IMG/VR virus record: IMGVR_UViG_3300025872_000053
Coordinates: 1-64,000 of that record
Length of the DNA: 64,000 bases
Source of the DNA: a virus
Strand: one strand, 5' to 3'
Shown: piece by piece, positions 1 to 9,272 of the stretch
Layout of the letters: every line of letters begins with the position of its first letter
How positions within the stretch are numbered: position 1 is the stretch's first letter
Translations under genes and position numbers: made by a program
Notes under the pieces: generated by a model
Told to the model about the DNA's origin: nothing
What the model saw: the letters and a program-made list of their open reading frames with translations, nothing else
The model's database searches: none

Positions 1-78
1 AATCTTTTAGCATACCAACAGTTATGGTTTTCATATCTGTTCTGTTTGCCCAGCTAATGATTGTTTCTGCTATCATAT

Positions 79-699
79 TCATATATCAACATCTTTAATA
101 GGAGCCTGAGACTCTTCTGCAATATGTCCTTCTCTGATCAATTCAATGAACACCTCAAATGTTCTTTGATTCAAATAGGTGAGACTGTTTTGCATGAATG
201 TCATTCTATTTGATCCACTCTTCACAGAGTTTTCCTTCTTTTGATTAACCTCAAGCTCTAATGCCTGAATAAGATCATGTGCAGTGTATTCTCCTTCTCC
301 CAGTATTTTGTTAAATTTAATCTTACACTCATCCTTCTTAACCCTCATAGCACGTGTGCCTTTGAATGTCTTACCGTGATGTGTGAATGTATCAGTACCT
401 GGATAGGCTTTCCACCACATTTCAAAATCACTGTTAGCAGGCTTTTTCCTACTAATCTTTGTCTCTATAGGACTAGAAAGGAAGTCTATAAGAGACTTCC
501 CTTCTAATGTAAGTTTACACTCTTCAGTGATTAAACCTTTCCTAATGAGAGTTTGATAGAGTAGGGATAGCTTAGGGTTCTCATAGCACAATTCTTTTAT
601 GTCACATTCTTGCTCATCAACTAGTGTGAGCAGGAATACAATGTCAAGATTGTAACCTTTTTTGATTATTTCCTCAAAATGGGAGAATGTCAGGTTCAT
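79..699 (-). CDS. hypothetical early protein (206 aa)
   Basis: Intact ORF in minus-strand gene block; no recognizable motif. Confidence 0.5.
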   Translation of the reverse strand: MNLTFSHFEEIIKKGYNLDIVFLLTLVDEQECDIKELCYENPKLSLLYQTLIRKGLITEECKLTLEGKSLIDFLSSPIETKISRKKPANSDFEMWWKAYPGTDTFTHHGKTFKGTRAMRVKKDECKIKFNKILGEGEYTAHDLIQALELEVNQKKENSVKSGSNRMTFMQNSLTYLNQRTFEVFIELIREGHIAEESQAPIKDVDI

Positions 700-861
700 G
701 TTCTGGGGTTTTCTTCTTCACGACAAATATCTTAGCAGCCTCTCTAATATCTTCCAACAGGAATCTAGTTTCCTGTTCCAATTCAAATGCTCTCTCTTGC
801 AAATATACTGAATCTTTCAGAAAGTCCCTTTCAAAATCTTCATTCATAGCTTTAAATTTTA

Positions 862-1422
862 TTAACATGATGCCCAACCAAAGAACACCCATCTACCCTC
901 TCTTTCAGTGGATGATGGTTTGTATGTCACCTTTGCAACCAGTGCATGTGCATCTTTCTCAAGTCTTCTTTCCATCTTGACAGTGGTGGTGCATTGATTC
1001 TTTTCAGAATACTCACGAGCACGCTTTACAGCTTCTCCTTTTGTAACAGCACTAGCTATTCTAGATTCACCACGGTAGACAATGTATGTAAGCACCCATC
1101 TCTTTGTACCAGGAGTTACAACATGCTCCACTTGGCTCTTAGTCTTGTTTTTGTTTTCTATTGGTTCTTGTATGCATACAGCACGAGCACCATCAAACTT
1201 GCTGAGCTTGTCTAGTTGTTCATCGATAAACTGTTCTAGAGATACAGACTTCTTATAGTTTTTGAACTCACGAGTGATGTCACTAAATCCAGCAGAAGAA
1301 TTAATCTGTCCACTGTATCCATCCTGATGTCCATATTCTGCTTCAGCTTGTTCTACAGCTCTATTGTACGCATCTTTAACGTTCTTACCCCTTGAATAGG
1401 TGGTAAATGCTTGTGATCCCAT
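862..1422 (-). CDS. hypothetical protein (186 aa)
   Basis: Intact ORF, tight spacing with neighbours in minus-strand operon. Confidence 0.5.
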   Translation of the reverse strand: MGSQAFTTYSRGKNVKDAYNRAVEQAEAEYGHQDGYSGQINSSAGFSDITREFKNYKKSVSLEQFIDEQLDKLSKFDGARAVCIQEPIENKNKTKSQVEHVVTPGTKRWVLTYIVYRGESRIASAVTKGEAVKRAREYSEKNQCTTTVKMERRLEKDAHALVAKVTYKPSSTEREGRWVFFGWASC

Positions 1423-1434
1423 AAATAATTGATT

Positions 1435-1758
1435 TTAACGGTCAAACATGTCTGGATTTGCATCCGATTCTAATCTACTTATAACATCTTTTCTTTCTTC
1501 CTCCGTAGGAACTACACGAAGCCCATAGTTTAAATCAAACATGCTAAGGATTAGCTTAGCTCTGTTTGTGTTACACTTATACACCTTCTTGATTAGTGGT
1601 AGGGCATATACATTAAAGTCTGTGATTTGCTCACGAGTGAGTGTATTGTTATAATACCACTCTGGATCATCTTTGATATCATCTATTGTCTTTCCAATCA
1701 TTTTCAATTGGAAATCAATAAGATGTGTTGCTAGATTTTCTCTTGTAATCTTCTCCAT
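1435..1758 (-). CDS. hypothetical protein (107 aa)
   Basis: ORF immediately downstream of DNA polymerase; start abuts polymerase stop. Confidence 0.5.
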   Translation of the reverse strand: MEKITRENLATHLIDFQLKMIGKTIDDIKDDPEWYYNNTLTREQITDFNVYALPLIKKVYKCNTNRAKLILSMFDLNYGLRVVPTEEERKDVISRLESDANPDMFDR

Positions 1759-3719
1759 TAGAATAAACTTAATTGGTTAGGATTTACATTCACCTTTCTC
1801 TTCTTTCCTTTATAAAGGATCTTATGAATGATTTTCTCTGCACGCTCTATATAATAATCATAATTGATTCCTGCTGTAGCTACATCAGTAGTCTTTGGTA
1901 GATTATTACAAACTGTACAAACCCATTCACCAGCCTCCACTTGAGAAACATCTGCTGCACCACTATCACTATCATCATTCTTCACCTTGAGCAGCTTCTC
2001 TCCTGTGTTGGATACATAATACCTAATCAGCTTATTGTATATGGTTTTCTCACCTTTAGCTCTATTTAGTCCCTCATAATGAAAGTCTTTACTGGCTTTC
2101 TGTCTTAAGCAGAAGTCAAAGATATTGCTATGATTGACAATAGTATGCTCAATAGGTATATTATGAACATAATATTGTTCGAGAGCCAAAGGCACAATCC
2201 TGGCTGATTTGTTCTTATGTAATTCAAAATCCGTGAGGAAATCCCCTTTCTTTTTAACTTCTCCATCTGTTTTAATTGCTAGATAGTCATTAACTGTTGA
2301 GAATATAATCTTCTTGTAATCAGTGCGTTCTAGTTCATACTGAGTGAGAGTGGACCACCATGCATTAATTGAATTCATTACATCAAGTTGGTCTTTCTTA
2401 ATCAGAATAGTTACGCCATCTGTATTAGCTGATATAACATGTATACCTTTAAGTTCATATGCCTCAATAAGCATCATCAAGCTAAGCTCACCCGTAATAG
2501 TGGTGAACATAGTTAGTTGCCTATCATAAATCCAGTTCTGCATGTCTGAACTTTTACCATAAACACTATTTACTGCAAGCTTTAGGGCACCAACGATACC
2601 TTTAATACGCTTATCAGTTTTTGCTAGTGGTTTTAGCTCAAGACGCTTTTCAAACATCTTTCTATATCCAGAAAGAAACTGTTTACCCAAGTGTGCAGGA
2701 TAACGACCATTGTTAATAATAATAGCAGGATAATAAGAGCTTACATCCCAATCAATAATCTCATATTCATCATCAGCTTCAAACACCTCAGGTTTGTTCT
2801 CTGTGTGTAATCCGCCTTTCATGAATGAATATACATTGTTGTAGAAATGTATTTCCTCTTTAAAGTCATCCTGGATACCAAGATGCATCTTCTTGATCTT
2901 CTTGAGGAACTCTTGTAATGCAGGTGTTTGGAACTGTACATAGTCAGCAATACAGCTTTTTACAGCTATATTCTTTCTAAAAGTTCCCTTTTTGGGAAGT
3001 TCTTTGTAATCAATTCTCTTTTCCTCACAATAATACTTCTTGATCATCTCATCACCAATCTTACTATCTGAATAGTTAAGACATGGAATACCAAACTCTG
3101 ATTCAATATCTAGCCTCAGCTCTATTTGGTTGTTCCCTTTGTACAGAGGATGATTTGTCTCACCAATAGTGACAAGATAGAACTGATATGTAGCCCAGAC
3201 ATCATTAAGACAATATCCTGTTGTAGTTACAATATCATCATGTGTCATTCCTTCTTTAGAATGATGAATAGGCATCTCTTCAATGTTCTCAAGATCCATT
3301 TCAAATTCTAGTCTCTTAAGACTAACACGTCTGTTCTTATTGTCAAAGTGGTGTATCTTAAACAGATCTATCTGTTTGAGTGTCAAGTCTGATTCACGAT
3401 ATTCAGGAAACACATCATAATTAGCATCATGAATAACATCAGCAGCTTTCTGTGCTATTCTAGATGTTATTTCTAGATTGCTCAGCTCATGCCAATGCTC
3501 ATAGTTCCTAAGCACCCACTCAACCACTTGACTATCAAAACGTAAGTTGTTATAACCCACCCAGTAATAGTCTTGATGTTGTTCTGTGAATCTAACAAAT
3601 GCATCTAAATCATTCTGTTCACTATTCACCTTAAACACTCTGTATGGCTCCTGAGGAATGAGACAAACAACCAAGAAGTATTCTTTCAGTGTTTCTATAT
3701 CGTAAATTATTACATTCAT
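1758..3719 (-). CDS. family B DNA polymerase with 3'-5' exonuclease domain (653 aa)
   Basis: Exo I 'YDIET', Exo II 'NNLRFD', Exo III 'YCLNDV'; Pol motif A 'DWDVSSYYPAII' (DxxSLYPS-like), motif B 'KLAVNSVYGK' (KxxxNSxYG), motif C region 'SANTDGV'. Compact size resembles protein-primed-type PolB. Confidence 0.85.
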   Translation of the reverse strand: MNVIIYDIETLKEYFLVVCLIPQEPYRVFKVNSEQNDLDAFVRFTEQHQDYYWVGYNNLRFDSQVVEWVLRNYEHWHELSNLEITSRIAQKAADVIHDANYDVFPEYRESDLTLKQIDLFKIHHFDNKNRRVSLKRLEFEMDLENIEEMPIHHSKEGMTHDDIVTTTGYCLNDVWATYQFYLVTIGETNHPLYKGNNQIELRLDIESEFGIPCLNYSDSKIGDEMIKKYYCEEKRIDYKELPKKGTFRKNIAVKSCIADYVQFQTPALQEFLKKIKKMHLGIQDDFKEEIHFYNNVYSFMKGGLHTENKPEVFEADDEYEIIDWDVSSYYPAIIINNGRYPAHLGKQFLSGYRKMFEKRLELKPLAKTDKRIKGIVGALKLAVNSVYGKSSDMQNWIYDRQLTMFTTITGELSLMMLIEAYELKGIHVISANTDGVTILIKKDQLDVMNSINAWWSTLTQYELERTDYKKIIFSTVNDYLAIKTDGEVKKKGDFLTDFELHKNKSARIVPLALEQYYVHNIPIEHTIVNHSNIFDFCLRQKASKDFHYEGLNRAKGEKTIYNKLIRYYVSNTGEKLLKVKNDDSDSGAADVSQVEAGEWVCTVCNNLPKTTDVATAGINYDYYIERAEKIIHKILYKGKKRKVNVNPNQLSLF

Positions 3720-3958
3720 TTCTTTACTGCTTTCTTTTTAAGAGCTGCTTTCTTTTTTGCTTTCTTTTCTTTTCTTTCATTATGTGCTACTAACAAAGCC
3801 TCAGCTGCTGTAACAACAAGGGTAGAAAGTCTATTATCTTCTAATCCAGCAGCAAGTCCTGCTGCTAACCAATTATCAGGTCCATCTATTACAAAATGTA
3901 CATTGTAATCATCATAAACCTTCATTGTGATGTGCCCCTTCTTTTTAGCCTTTGCCAT
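3716..3958 (-). CDS. small Lys-rich putative DNA-binding protein (80 aa; ORF track extends to 4018 but the MAKAKKKG start at 3958 avoids overlap with the upstream gene)
   Basis: ATGA overlap with polB start (translational coupling); K-rich N- and C-terminal tails (KKKAALKKKAVKK). Confidence 0.5.
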   Translation of the reverse strand: MAKAKKKGHITMKVYDDYNVHFVIDGPDNWLAAGLAAGLEDNRLSTLVVTAAEALLVAHNERKEKKAKKKAALKKKAVKK

Positions 3959-3959
3959 G

Positions 3960-4214
3960 TTATAATCCTTTTGTTTTGTAATATGAATTTCTAACCATAC
4001 CACCAAGCTCCATATCATTAGGAGTGTTTAGTATTGTATCTTCATCTATATGTATAACAACCTTCATTTCATTTTGCCTGTCGTTATTAAAGCAATGTAA
4101 ACAAAGCTGTCCAGCACCTTCAACATAACCTATTCTATAATCAATGTGATCATTGAATCTGTATTGTGTTTCCTTGTCACACAATATACATCTTTCTATT
4201 GGATTGTTTTCCAT
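3960..4214 (-). CDS. CxxC...CxxC zinc-ribbon protein (84 aa)
   Basis: 'CILCDKET...CLHCFNND' paired CxxC motifs. Confidence 0.5.
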   Translation of the reverse strand: MENNPIERCILCDKETQYRFNDHIDYRIGYVEGAGQLCLHCFNNDRQNEMKVVIHIDEDTILNTPNDMELGGMVRNSYYKTKGL

Positions 4215-4217
4215 GTT

Positions 4218-4412
4218 TCATTTTCTTTTTGGTGAATAATAGTATTTCTTTAACCATTCAAATGGTGACATTGCATTAAAAGGACCACCAAACACTGGAT
4301 ACTCTTCCTTCAAATACTCTTTCTCTATATCCTCCCATGTTTCATATAGTCCATCCTTAGCATCATCATTCATTACTTCTGTTAGTAGTTTCTTTTGTTG
4401 TTCTTTATCCAT
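4218..4412 (-). CDS. hypothetical protein (64 aa)
   Basis: Short ORF filling gap in operon. Confidence 0.4.
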   Translation of the reverse strand: MDKEQQKKLLTEVMNDDAKDGLYETWEDIEKEYLKEEYPVFGGPFNAMSPFEWLKKYYYSPKRK

Positions 4413-4463
4413 AATGTGTTATTTAAAGGACAAAATCCGTATTATATTACCTTTTATGATACT

Positions 4464-5048
4464 TTATTTAAGTTTAGGGACAAGTTTGAATCCTAATACA
4501 TCTAACACTTTTAGAACAGTGGAATGTAAAGGATTCCCTTCTCCTTTCTCAATTTGGTGTATTGTCTTTTCTGATACACCAACCAGTTCTGCTAAATCTT
4601 CTTGTGTTATCTTTAGGTTCTTTCTCCTATTTCTTACAAATGTGTGTAAATTGGACAACTCATTCACCTCATTTTTTACACCCTGTAGAATGTCATTTAG
4701 TTTCTGTTGTTCTTCAAGTATCTCTTGCTGTAACTTTTTAATAGCAGCACCTTCATATCTAGTAACATTAAATAGATTACAACCAGCACTCTCATAAAAC
4801 TGAATCCAAAACTTCTCTTTTGCTAGTAAATCACCCTCGTTACATTCCTCAAGAACATCTATCAATGGACACAAACCTTGTTCCCTTAGCTCCATAACCC
4901 AAAGATTAACAGACTCGTTGTGTGAGAATGTTAAATGAGTTTTAGCTCTTGACATACCAGAACTACTCTTACCTATATATCTGTAATCATCTGTCTTAGG
5001 ACACCTGAGCCCATATATTAAGCACTGATTCATGTTACAAATATACAT
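4464..5048 (-). CDS. GIY-YIG endonuclease fused to C-terminal XRE-type HTH (homing-endonuclease-like, 194 aa)
   Basis: N-term 'IYGLRCPKTDDYRYIGKSS' (GIY-(x10)-YIG); C-term 'LKITQEDLAELVGVSEKTIHQIEKGEGNP' HTH; architecture like I-TevI (catalytic domain + linker + HTH). Confidence 0.7.
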   Translation of the reverse strand: MYICNMNQCLIYGLRCPKTDDYRYIGKSSSGMSRAKTHLTFSHNESVNLWVMELREQGLCPLIDVLEECNEGDLLAKEKFWIQFYESAGCNLFNVTRYEGAAIKKLQQEILEEQQKLNDILQGVKNEVNELSNLHTFVRNRRKNLKITQEDLAELVGVSEKTIHQIEKGEGNPLHSTVLKVLDVLGFKLVPKLK

Positions 5049-5069
5049 GTAATTCGAAATAAATCCGAA

Positions 5070-5294
5070 TTATACTACTGATTTTGGCAATAATGATTCA
5101 CCTGCTGTAGGATTACCATATATCTTTATATCATTCTGATCCACTGTTCTAACATCTCCTGTATTGTACAATCTGACAATAAACTGTGGATTGGAATGAA
5201 TAGATCCTGCTATCATAAATAGTACAACACCATATCCTAATGGTGTTTCTACATCAAAAGGATTCATAATTTCATGTATGGTTTGGTACATCAT
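5070..5294 (-). CDS. hypothetical protein (74 aa)
   Basis: ORF only. Confidence 0.35.
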   Translation of the reverse strand: MMYQTIHEIMNPFDVETPLGYGVVLFMIAGSIHSNPQFIVRLYNTGDVRTVDQNDIKIYGNPTAGESLLPKSVV

Positions 5295-5501
5295 AGCTCA
5301 AACTTTATGAATTCATCAATATAATCGTCCTTGGTAGCCTCACATCTATCACATTTTACGTGAGCTTTTATACTGTAAACATACATAATTCTCCATTTAT
5401 GGCCTAATAATTTGCATCTAATTAACTTGATTAGTCTTTTCATGGCTTAAATTTGGTGGTTTGGTTTAATTTGCATATATTGCACGCCTAAATGTTTAAT
5501 T

Positions 5502-5660
5502 ATGCAAGAAAAAGTATTAGGTATTCTTAGACACGCTTTTACATTTATTGGTGGTCTTGTTATAGCTAAAGGCTACATTGATGAATCTCTTTATGTAGAA
5601 TTGTCTGGTGCACTACTCACCCTTATTGGTGGTGTGTGGTCTGTACTGTCTAAGAAATAA
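5502..5660 (+). CDS. small 2-TM membrane protein (52 aa, MQEKVLGILRHAFTFIGGLVIAKGYIDESLYVELSGALLTLIGGVWSVLSKK), holin-like; not in ORF track (<60 aa)
   Basis: Two hydrophobic Gly-rich segments, charged C-terminus; own intrinsic terminator immediately downstream; lone plus-strand gene inside minus-strand block. Confidence 0.45.
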   Translation: MQEKVLGILRHAFTFIGGLVIAKGYIDESLYVELSGALLTLIGGVWSVLSKK

Positions 5661-5684
5661 TCCACAATCTATGAAAAACAATAA

Positions 5685-5716
5685 GGGAGCACATTACATG
5701 CTCCCTTTTTGCTTTT
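5685..5716. terminator. bidirectional Rho-independent terminator
   Basis: Stem gggagca/tgctccc (7 bp), 7-nt loop, followed by TTTTTgcTTTT on plus strand and a T-rich run on the minus strand; sits between convergent genes 5502..5660(+) and 5715..5918(-). Confidence 0.7.
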
Positions 5717-5918
5717 AGGAGAGACGCTTTAGTCTAATGACCATCTTTCTAGTTCCATCTGAAGGAACATAGATGAATCTGTCTCTCTCAACTACCAAAT
5801 TCCTCTGTGCTTTCTTTTCACTGAAAATAGCATCAATTAACTTACTGGCTAAAACAAAATGTTTTCTCTCAATTGGTGAGTAATTGTGCTCTTTGGAATA
5901 AACTGATAGTGTTGACAT
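5715..5918 (-). CDS. hypothetical protein (67 aa)
   Basis: ORF ending at terminator. Confidence 0.4.
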   Translation of the reverse strand: MSTLSVYSKEHNYSPIERKHFVLASKLIDAIFSEKKAQRNLVVERDRFIYVPSDGTRKMVIRLKRLS

Positions 5919-6102
5919 ATATATGGATTTATTGGTGACTATTAACAGTCAGCGAGCTGGTCCCTATAGAAACAAGCTACAGCTATTAGTCTTTCAACAA
6001 GCTGTAATTCGTTCTCTTTGGCTAGCTCTATTACATCATTAACTGTCTCATACTCATCTCCTGATAAGTCAAGAATAGAATCGATTAGTAATTCTCTCAT
6101 GA

Positions 6103-6384
6103 TTAGAAGTATAATGTGACACTGTTATTGTTATGTAAAACTACTCTTTTAACATTAGCTATGTCAAATGACCAACCTTTAGGAAGTTCTATTCCCTTTT
6201 TAGCTACACGTGTAGATGTTGGGTTGTCTCTCATTTTCATAACCTTTATGTAAAGAGATGCTTTTGGTCTATTCCACAAACTAGAATATTTCTTAGCTAT
6301 TTCACTAACTGATACTCCTTTGTGCAATTCCTTAACTAGTGTCTGATTCTGAAGGTCTGTGTAAAAATTGATTTTTCTTTTCAT
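6103..6384 (-). CDS. hypothetical protein, possible HTH (93 aa)
   Basis: 'GVSVSEIAKKY' helix-turn-helix-like segment; weak. Confidence 0.4.
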   Translation of the reverse strand: MKRKINFYTDLQNQTLVKELHKGVSVSEIAKKYSSLWNRPKASLYIKVMKMRDNPTSTRVAKKGIELPKGWSFDIANVKRVVLHNNNSVTLYF

Positions 6385-6385
6385 T

Positions 6386-6934
6386 TTATTTAATTTTAGC
6401 TATACAAAACATGTTTGATGTGTCTCTGTAAGGTGTATAAATATATACTCCTCCATTGTGTGTTTCATACACAGTGTGTAAAATAGGATGCTGTGACTGA
6501 ATTTCTTTAATCACTTTCTCACCACGTGTTTTAAAGAATGTAGCTAGTGATTCTATATCTTTAATACGTCTAGAGAATGTCATAATGAAGTTCTTTTTAA
6601 ACTTAGCAATATGCTCCTTCATATAACGTGCTGTTACGCAATAATCTAAATCATATAGAGTATCATCCAAATCTGGATTAGCGTGTAATATGTCACCAAT
6701 TTTGTACTGAAAGTTATGATTGTCAACAATTTGCATTTGTTTAACAGCTGTCTCTAAATCTCTTTCATATACAATGATGTTCTTAAAGCCATTCTCTTTA
6801 CATTTAGCTAAATACTCATTAATATCTGGACCAGCTAGTCCTACAATATTATTGAATTTAAAATGACTGAATAAAAATTCTCTTACAGCTATTTTCTTAG
6901 CTGCTTCTAAGTAAGTTTCTTTTTTCTTTGCCAT
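6386..6934 (-). CDS. hypothetical protein, weak class-I methyltransferase-like features (182 aa)
   Basis: 'NIVGLAGPD' (motif-I-like) and 'NIIVYERD' (motif-II-like); not conclusive. Confidence 0.45.
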   Translation of the reverse strand: MAKKKETYLEAAKKIAVREFLFSHFKFNNIVGLAGPDINEYLAKCKENGFKNIIVYERDLETAVKQMQIVDNHNFQYKIGDILHANPDLDDTLYDLDYCVTARYMKEHIAKFKKNFIMTFSRRIKDIESLATFFKTRGEKVIKEIQSQHPILHTVYETHNGGVYIYTPYRDTSNMFCIAKIK

Positions 6935-6945
6935 GCTTTCAATGT

Positions 6946-7248
6946 TTAAATGTGAGAAGATAAAACTCTTTTATTTAACTTCTTTGCTTTCTTGATGTTT
7001 CTACGTTTTATAACTAATTCTTCAGGAGAAATCTCATTATTTACAATAAGCTTTGCATGCATTTTACATGGTACAAAGCCTGCTGTTGTTCTTGCAATAC
7101 TAATTTGATCATCATTACGCACATCTTCTCCTGTCTCATACATTATCTTAATGTCTGATAAATATTCTTGTATACAACAGTCTGGATATCCAAATATTTC
7201 TCCGTATTCTTTTATTTGATCTTCAGTTGCTTCGCAAAATATACACAT
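6946..7248 (-). CDS. Cys-rich small protein with basic C-terminus (100 aa)
   Basis: CIFC...CC...C...H pattern; KRRNIKKAKKLNKR tail. Confidence 0.45.
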   Translation of the reverse strand: MCIFCEATEDQIKEYGEIFGYPDCCIQEYLSDIKIMYETGEDVRNDDQISIARTTAGFVPCKMHAKLIVNNEISPEELVIKRRNIKKAKKLNKRVLSSHI

Positions 7249-7286
7249 AAGTAATTGATTTTAAGCTGTTTAAAGAAAAGAAAAAG

Positions 7287-7311
7287 CCCCAGGAATCACT
7301 CCTGAGGCTGT
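7287..7311 (-). terminator. candidate intrinsic terminator for minus-strand transcript
   Basis: Imperfect 9-bp stem (agccccagga / tcctgaggct) followed on minus strand by TTTTTCTTTTCTTT. Confidence 0.4.
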
Positions 7312-7522
7312 TTTCCACCATTAAACCACCAATTGTTAACCAAAATATGTTGCTTGTCTTCCATGGAGCATAGAAACACGTAATGTATCACACCATTCTT
7401 GGAATGATAGTTGCTCCTCAGGAAGCGTTGTACGAAATCTTTGAATATGTTGTTGTTTAGGCATAGGCTCATCAGCCAAACCTAAATAGATTAGAATTGC
7501 TTTCATTGTTTAATTGATTTAA

Positions 7523-8023
7523 TTAGTCAAAACTGTCTTCTGTGTGTGTATCATATTCTTCTTCATCATCATCATCATCCTCGTCATATTCATCCTCTAG
7601 ATCAGCATATGATATGGTCACCTTGTTATTGTATAATACTGGTGACAACATGTTCTCATCATCCTCATCCTCATGATAATCCACCTCAATAAGAACATAC
7701 CCATCATAGCCCTCTATTATCCTATTGAAATGTCTCACCTCAATATCACATAACTCATCACACCATTCACCCTCATCAAACCAGCCTATTTGCTCTGGTG
7801 TGGCAAGAATCACCTCATTTTGTGGTAAATTAGGATTGACAAGATCAATTATATATGGCTCTACAGGATAGCCATTGATTTTAACATATTCCTCCTCATT
7901 AGCAGGAACTCTGTCTAGCTTAACTATTTCTTTATACCTTGGTTGCTGTACAATGAACAACATTCCCTTCTCAAGCTTGAGAGGTTTGTAGCTCTTGAAC
8001 ACCATTAGTGCTTCAATAAACAT
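7523..8023 (-). CDS. highly acidic protein (166 aa, poly-D/E C-terminus)
   Basis: C-terminal 'DEDDENM...EDEYDEDDDDDEEEYD'; composition reminiscent of DNA-mimic/anti-restriction proteins. Confidence 0.5.
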   Translation of the reverse strand: MFIEALMVFKSYKPLKLEKGMLFIVQQPRYKEIVKLDRVPANEEEYVKINGYPVEPYIIDLVNPNLPQNEVILATPEQIGWFDEGEWCDELCDIEVRHFNRIIEGYDGYVLIEVDYHEDEDDENMLSPVLYNNKVTISYADLEDEYDEDDDDDEEEYDTHTEDSFD

Positions 8024-8550
8024 AACTGATTGGTTTATATGGTTTTAAAAAGTTTTGCTACACTCTGGCAGTAGCCTCCCACCTGATTAGATTAATTCCA
8101 AATTCAAAACCACCGAGAATGGTAAAGGGGAAAGAATAAGCCATCTAATCTATGTCTAACCCAACCCTGGTGCAAGGGTACAAGGGAATGTGAACTCCCC
8201 CTTTTCAATAGTCGAACTAATAACCTCTGCCTGCTCTTTCCATGAGCTTGAGCCTATATTGCTCAAGCCATGTTAAGAACTTCAATATCTTTTTCATAAG
8301 CCTATTATTAATAGCCAATACTGTCTAAATGATCAACATTAGCTGTAACATGTACAAATCCACTCTTGACATACATATCAAAGAAGAAATGTGCTACTTG
8401 TTTAAAGGAATAAAACTCTGTTGGTGTAAGTGAAATGGTTTTCATTTGATTATAATTGAAATGGTTAATAATGCTATATTAATGTTGGAACAAAAAAGAG
8501 CCCCATATGGACATACAGGGCGAATAACTCTTAAAACTCAACTGACTGAC

Positions 8551-8751
8551 TTATAATGATTTAGACTCTTTCCATGTCATATATGAGAGAAACGAACTCC
8601 CATATCCTGCAAATACAAGAATACTAAGAACATAAGCTTCTTCAACATACATAGGTCTATTATCCTTAAGAATAATAAGCATAAGAATAGTGGTTGTCAA
8701 GAAGAACATAATAACGCTGTAAACTAATAAAGACTGGTTGGTATTTTTCAT
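8551..8751 (-). CDS. small 2-TM membrane protein (67 aa; internal Met start of ORF 8551..8892)
   Basis: 'LLVYSVIMFFLTTTILMLIIL' and 'AYVLSILVFAGYGSSFLSYM' hydrophobic helices; upstream part of track ORF looks non-coding. Confidence 0.35.
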   Translation of the reverse strand: MKNTNQSLLVYSVIMFFLTTTILMLIILKDNRPMYVEEAYVLSILVFAGYGSSFLSYMTWKESKSL

Positions 8752-8930
8752 GTTAATAGGTTTTAGCACAAAGATAAGGAAAAAAGAATTGAGAGGACTG
8801 ATTACCCTCTCTGTACCGTTGTGCTGGTTGAAGCATCTATTCCCCACTACCTGATCCGTAGACCATACGCGTGGTTCGGTTGTTATTAACACATAAAGCC
8901 TGTGAATAGAATGATTGAGCTCTATATGTG

Positions 8931-9272
8931 CTAGCTAGTTTTGCTAATAGATTGAAATTTAACCATATGTGCATAAGAACTATCTTCATTATCATAAAAA
9001 TAGCCATTAAGCTCTTGTATGAAATCAGTGGTGGATGATATATCAATGAACGTAAGAACTGTAATACATGTATCATGACCAATCATATCCTCCTTAATAT
9101 AATCCTTACAATATGACTTATCAATCCATTCAGAAATCTTACGAGACCAATTTGTATCGTATTCAGAATGTGAATAAAGTTTATTAGTGAACTTAGCTTG
9201 GTCAACAGCTGAGAACGTGTGAATATACACCCTCATACAGCCATTCATTAATCTATCGAAAATAACAGTCAT
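8931..9272 (-). CDS. hypothetical protein (113 aa)
   Basis: ORF only. Confidence 0.4.
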   Translation of the reverse strand: MTVIFDRLMNGCMRVYIHTFSAVDQAKFTNKLYSHSEYDTNWSRKISEWIDKSYCKDYIKEDMIGHDTCITVLTFIDISSTTDFIQELNGYFYDNEDSSYAHMVKFQSISKTS

